A stretch of DNA of 64,000 nucleotides from Gekko japonicus (taxonomy: Eukaryota). Both the position numbers and the translations under genes were made by a program. Shown here in pieces: positions 62,646 through 64,000 of this stretch. The stretch's first letter is position 1. Each line of letters begins with the position of its first letter. The stretch lies in assembly GCF_001447785.1 (NCBI RefSeq), contig NW_015173687.1, forward strand, positions 437,362 to 501,361, read 5' to 3'. The notes under the pieces are model-generated. The model ran no database searches and was not told the DNA's origin. It saw only the letters and a program-made list of their open reading frames with translations.

Positions 62646-64000
62646 TTGGTAACAACACATGCTCTACCACTGAGTCACACAGTCTTGCCCAAGAAGGGCA
62701 AGTGTGAGATCATGCAGTGAATTGGACTCTCAAAGACAGTTTAATTTCTAAAAAAGAGGTGCTGAGGCTCATAACTGCCTTATGAACTAGACATGGTCTT
62801 GGGGTGAGCAGATATGGTATGATACCTGATATGATACCCTTCACCCACTGTGATAAGTAGCACACTCTTCATCCTCACCCCATTCTTAGAGAGGAAGACT
62901 GATCGCTGTCAGAGCTTCACCCACCAATTTTGAGGCAAGTGGCAGGTTTGACTGGTTGGTTGTGTGACATCGTCACCATGCTTATGCAGACATTCCGGTT
63001 TAGCCCTGCCCTTTTTTCACCTTTCTGCCCAACTGGTTTGTCTGCCCTTTCCTGCTGGGCAATACAGGTTGAAATGGGCATGCTGCAACACCCTGACCAG
63101 GTAAAGATGGAGGGGGAAATCTCTCTTACCAAGAATCAGGAGTTTTAAGGACTTCACTGTTTTAAGAATTTTTAGAAACCGTGAAGTTGCCAAACTTGCA
63201 CTGGACTGATCATAGAGGTTTATAAAATTATAGATGGCGCAGATAAAGTAGATGAAAATCATTTCTCTTTTGCATTACAAAGGGGCACTCAGTTAAGATG
63301 AGAGAGACAGATTCAGGAAGGCAAAAAGAATTGCTTATTTGCATAATGCAGAGTTAACGTGGAACTCACTGCCACAAGATGGAGGTGTGTGCATTAGAAG
63401 GCTTCAAAAGGGGACTAGATATCTTGGGGTTCTTAGCAATTTTTGTTTATTGTAGCCCATGGGCTGAGAATTAATTAACCTATATTTTGTGGGGGTGGAA
63501 TCCAAAAATCAAATATTATGTAAAATTGAGTATTAAAATAAAATGTAATTGATGTATATATTCTAAACAAATCTGAGTTCCCAAGCAAATCTTAGAATTG
63601 TCTTGAGTTTCCCCCCTCTCAATTCCCATCAATTTCACCTCTACTAAAGACCCTACTTGTGATCTACTGCTTCCTCTATGCCTACAGGGAAGGTTATCCA
63701 TTGTCTCTCTGCATGAGTCATTGGTTTGAGTCACATAGAGCTGTTTAAGAAGGAAGCTGCCTTCATCGTCTGGCTAGTCACTACAGCCCTCTTTCCTGGG
63801 CACAACCTCTGCACTGTGCTCCGTCACTTTCAGATCGCCCGTAGTGAATTATTAAACAGCTATTCATTCTGCTTTACTAAACTGCTGTCAGTTTAGTAAA
63901 TCATTATACTTTTAATTTGCATTTTGCTATTTTGGAACATTCTGTATTGGCAGAGAATGAAGGGTGTTTTTCTAGCCTGGTGTCTGTGCAGGAGCCAAGG

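Overview
Eukaryotic (vertebrate) genomic DNA, almost certainly from a squamate reptile, probably gecko-like. This is inferred from the repeat content: Sauria SINEs, Bov-B, Squam3-like SINEs, CR1, L2 and many hAT MITEs. It is a draft scaffold with several N gaps. The window covers the conserved C9orf43-POLE3-ALAD-(HDHD3) block. It holds the first two coding exons of a C9orf43 orthologue (- strand), head-to-head with a complete POLE3 (4 coding exons, 147 aa), a complete ALAD (11 coding exons, 332-333 aa) and a promoter/first exon at ~60.2 kb that by synteny should be HDHD3. The 27-kb POLE3-ALAD interval is the unusual part. It contains decayed exons resembling an MROH (maestro HEAT-like) gene, an inverted plus tandem duplication that preserves an empty transposon site next to filled ones, and hAT-type elements carrying a 115-bp double-hairpin satellite. 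A hAT element also sits inside the splice-acceptor region of the first POLE3 coding exon. No CRISPR, true rRNA or tRNA genes were found, and I see no solid evidence of a wholly new biological system. All gene and family assignments are from recalled sequence similarity, not database searches.
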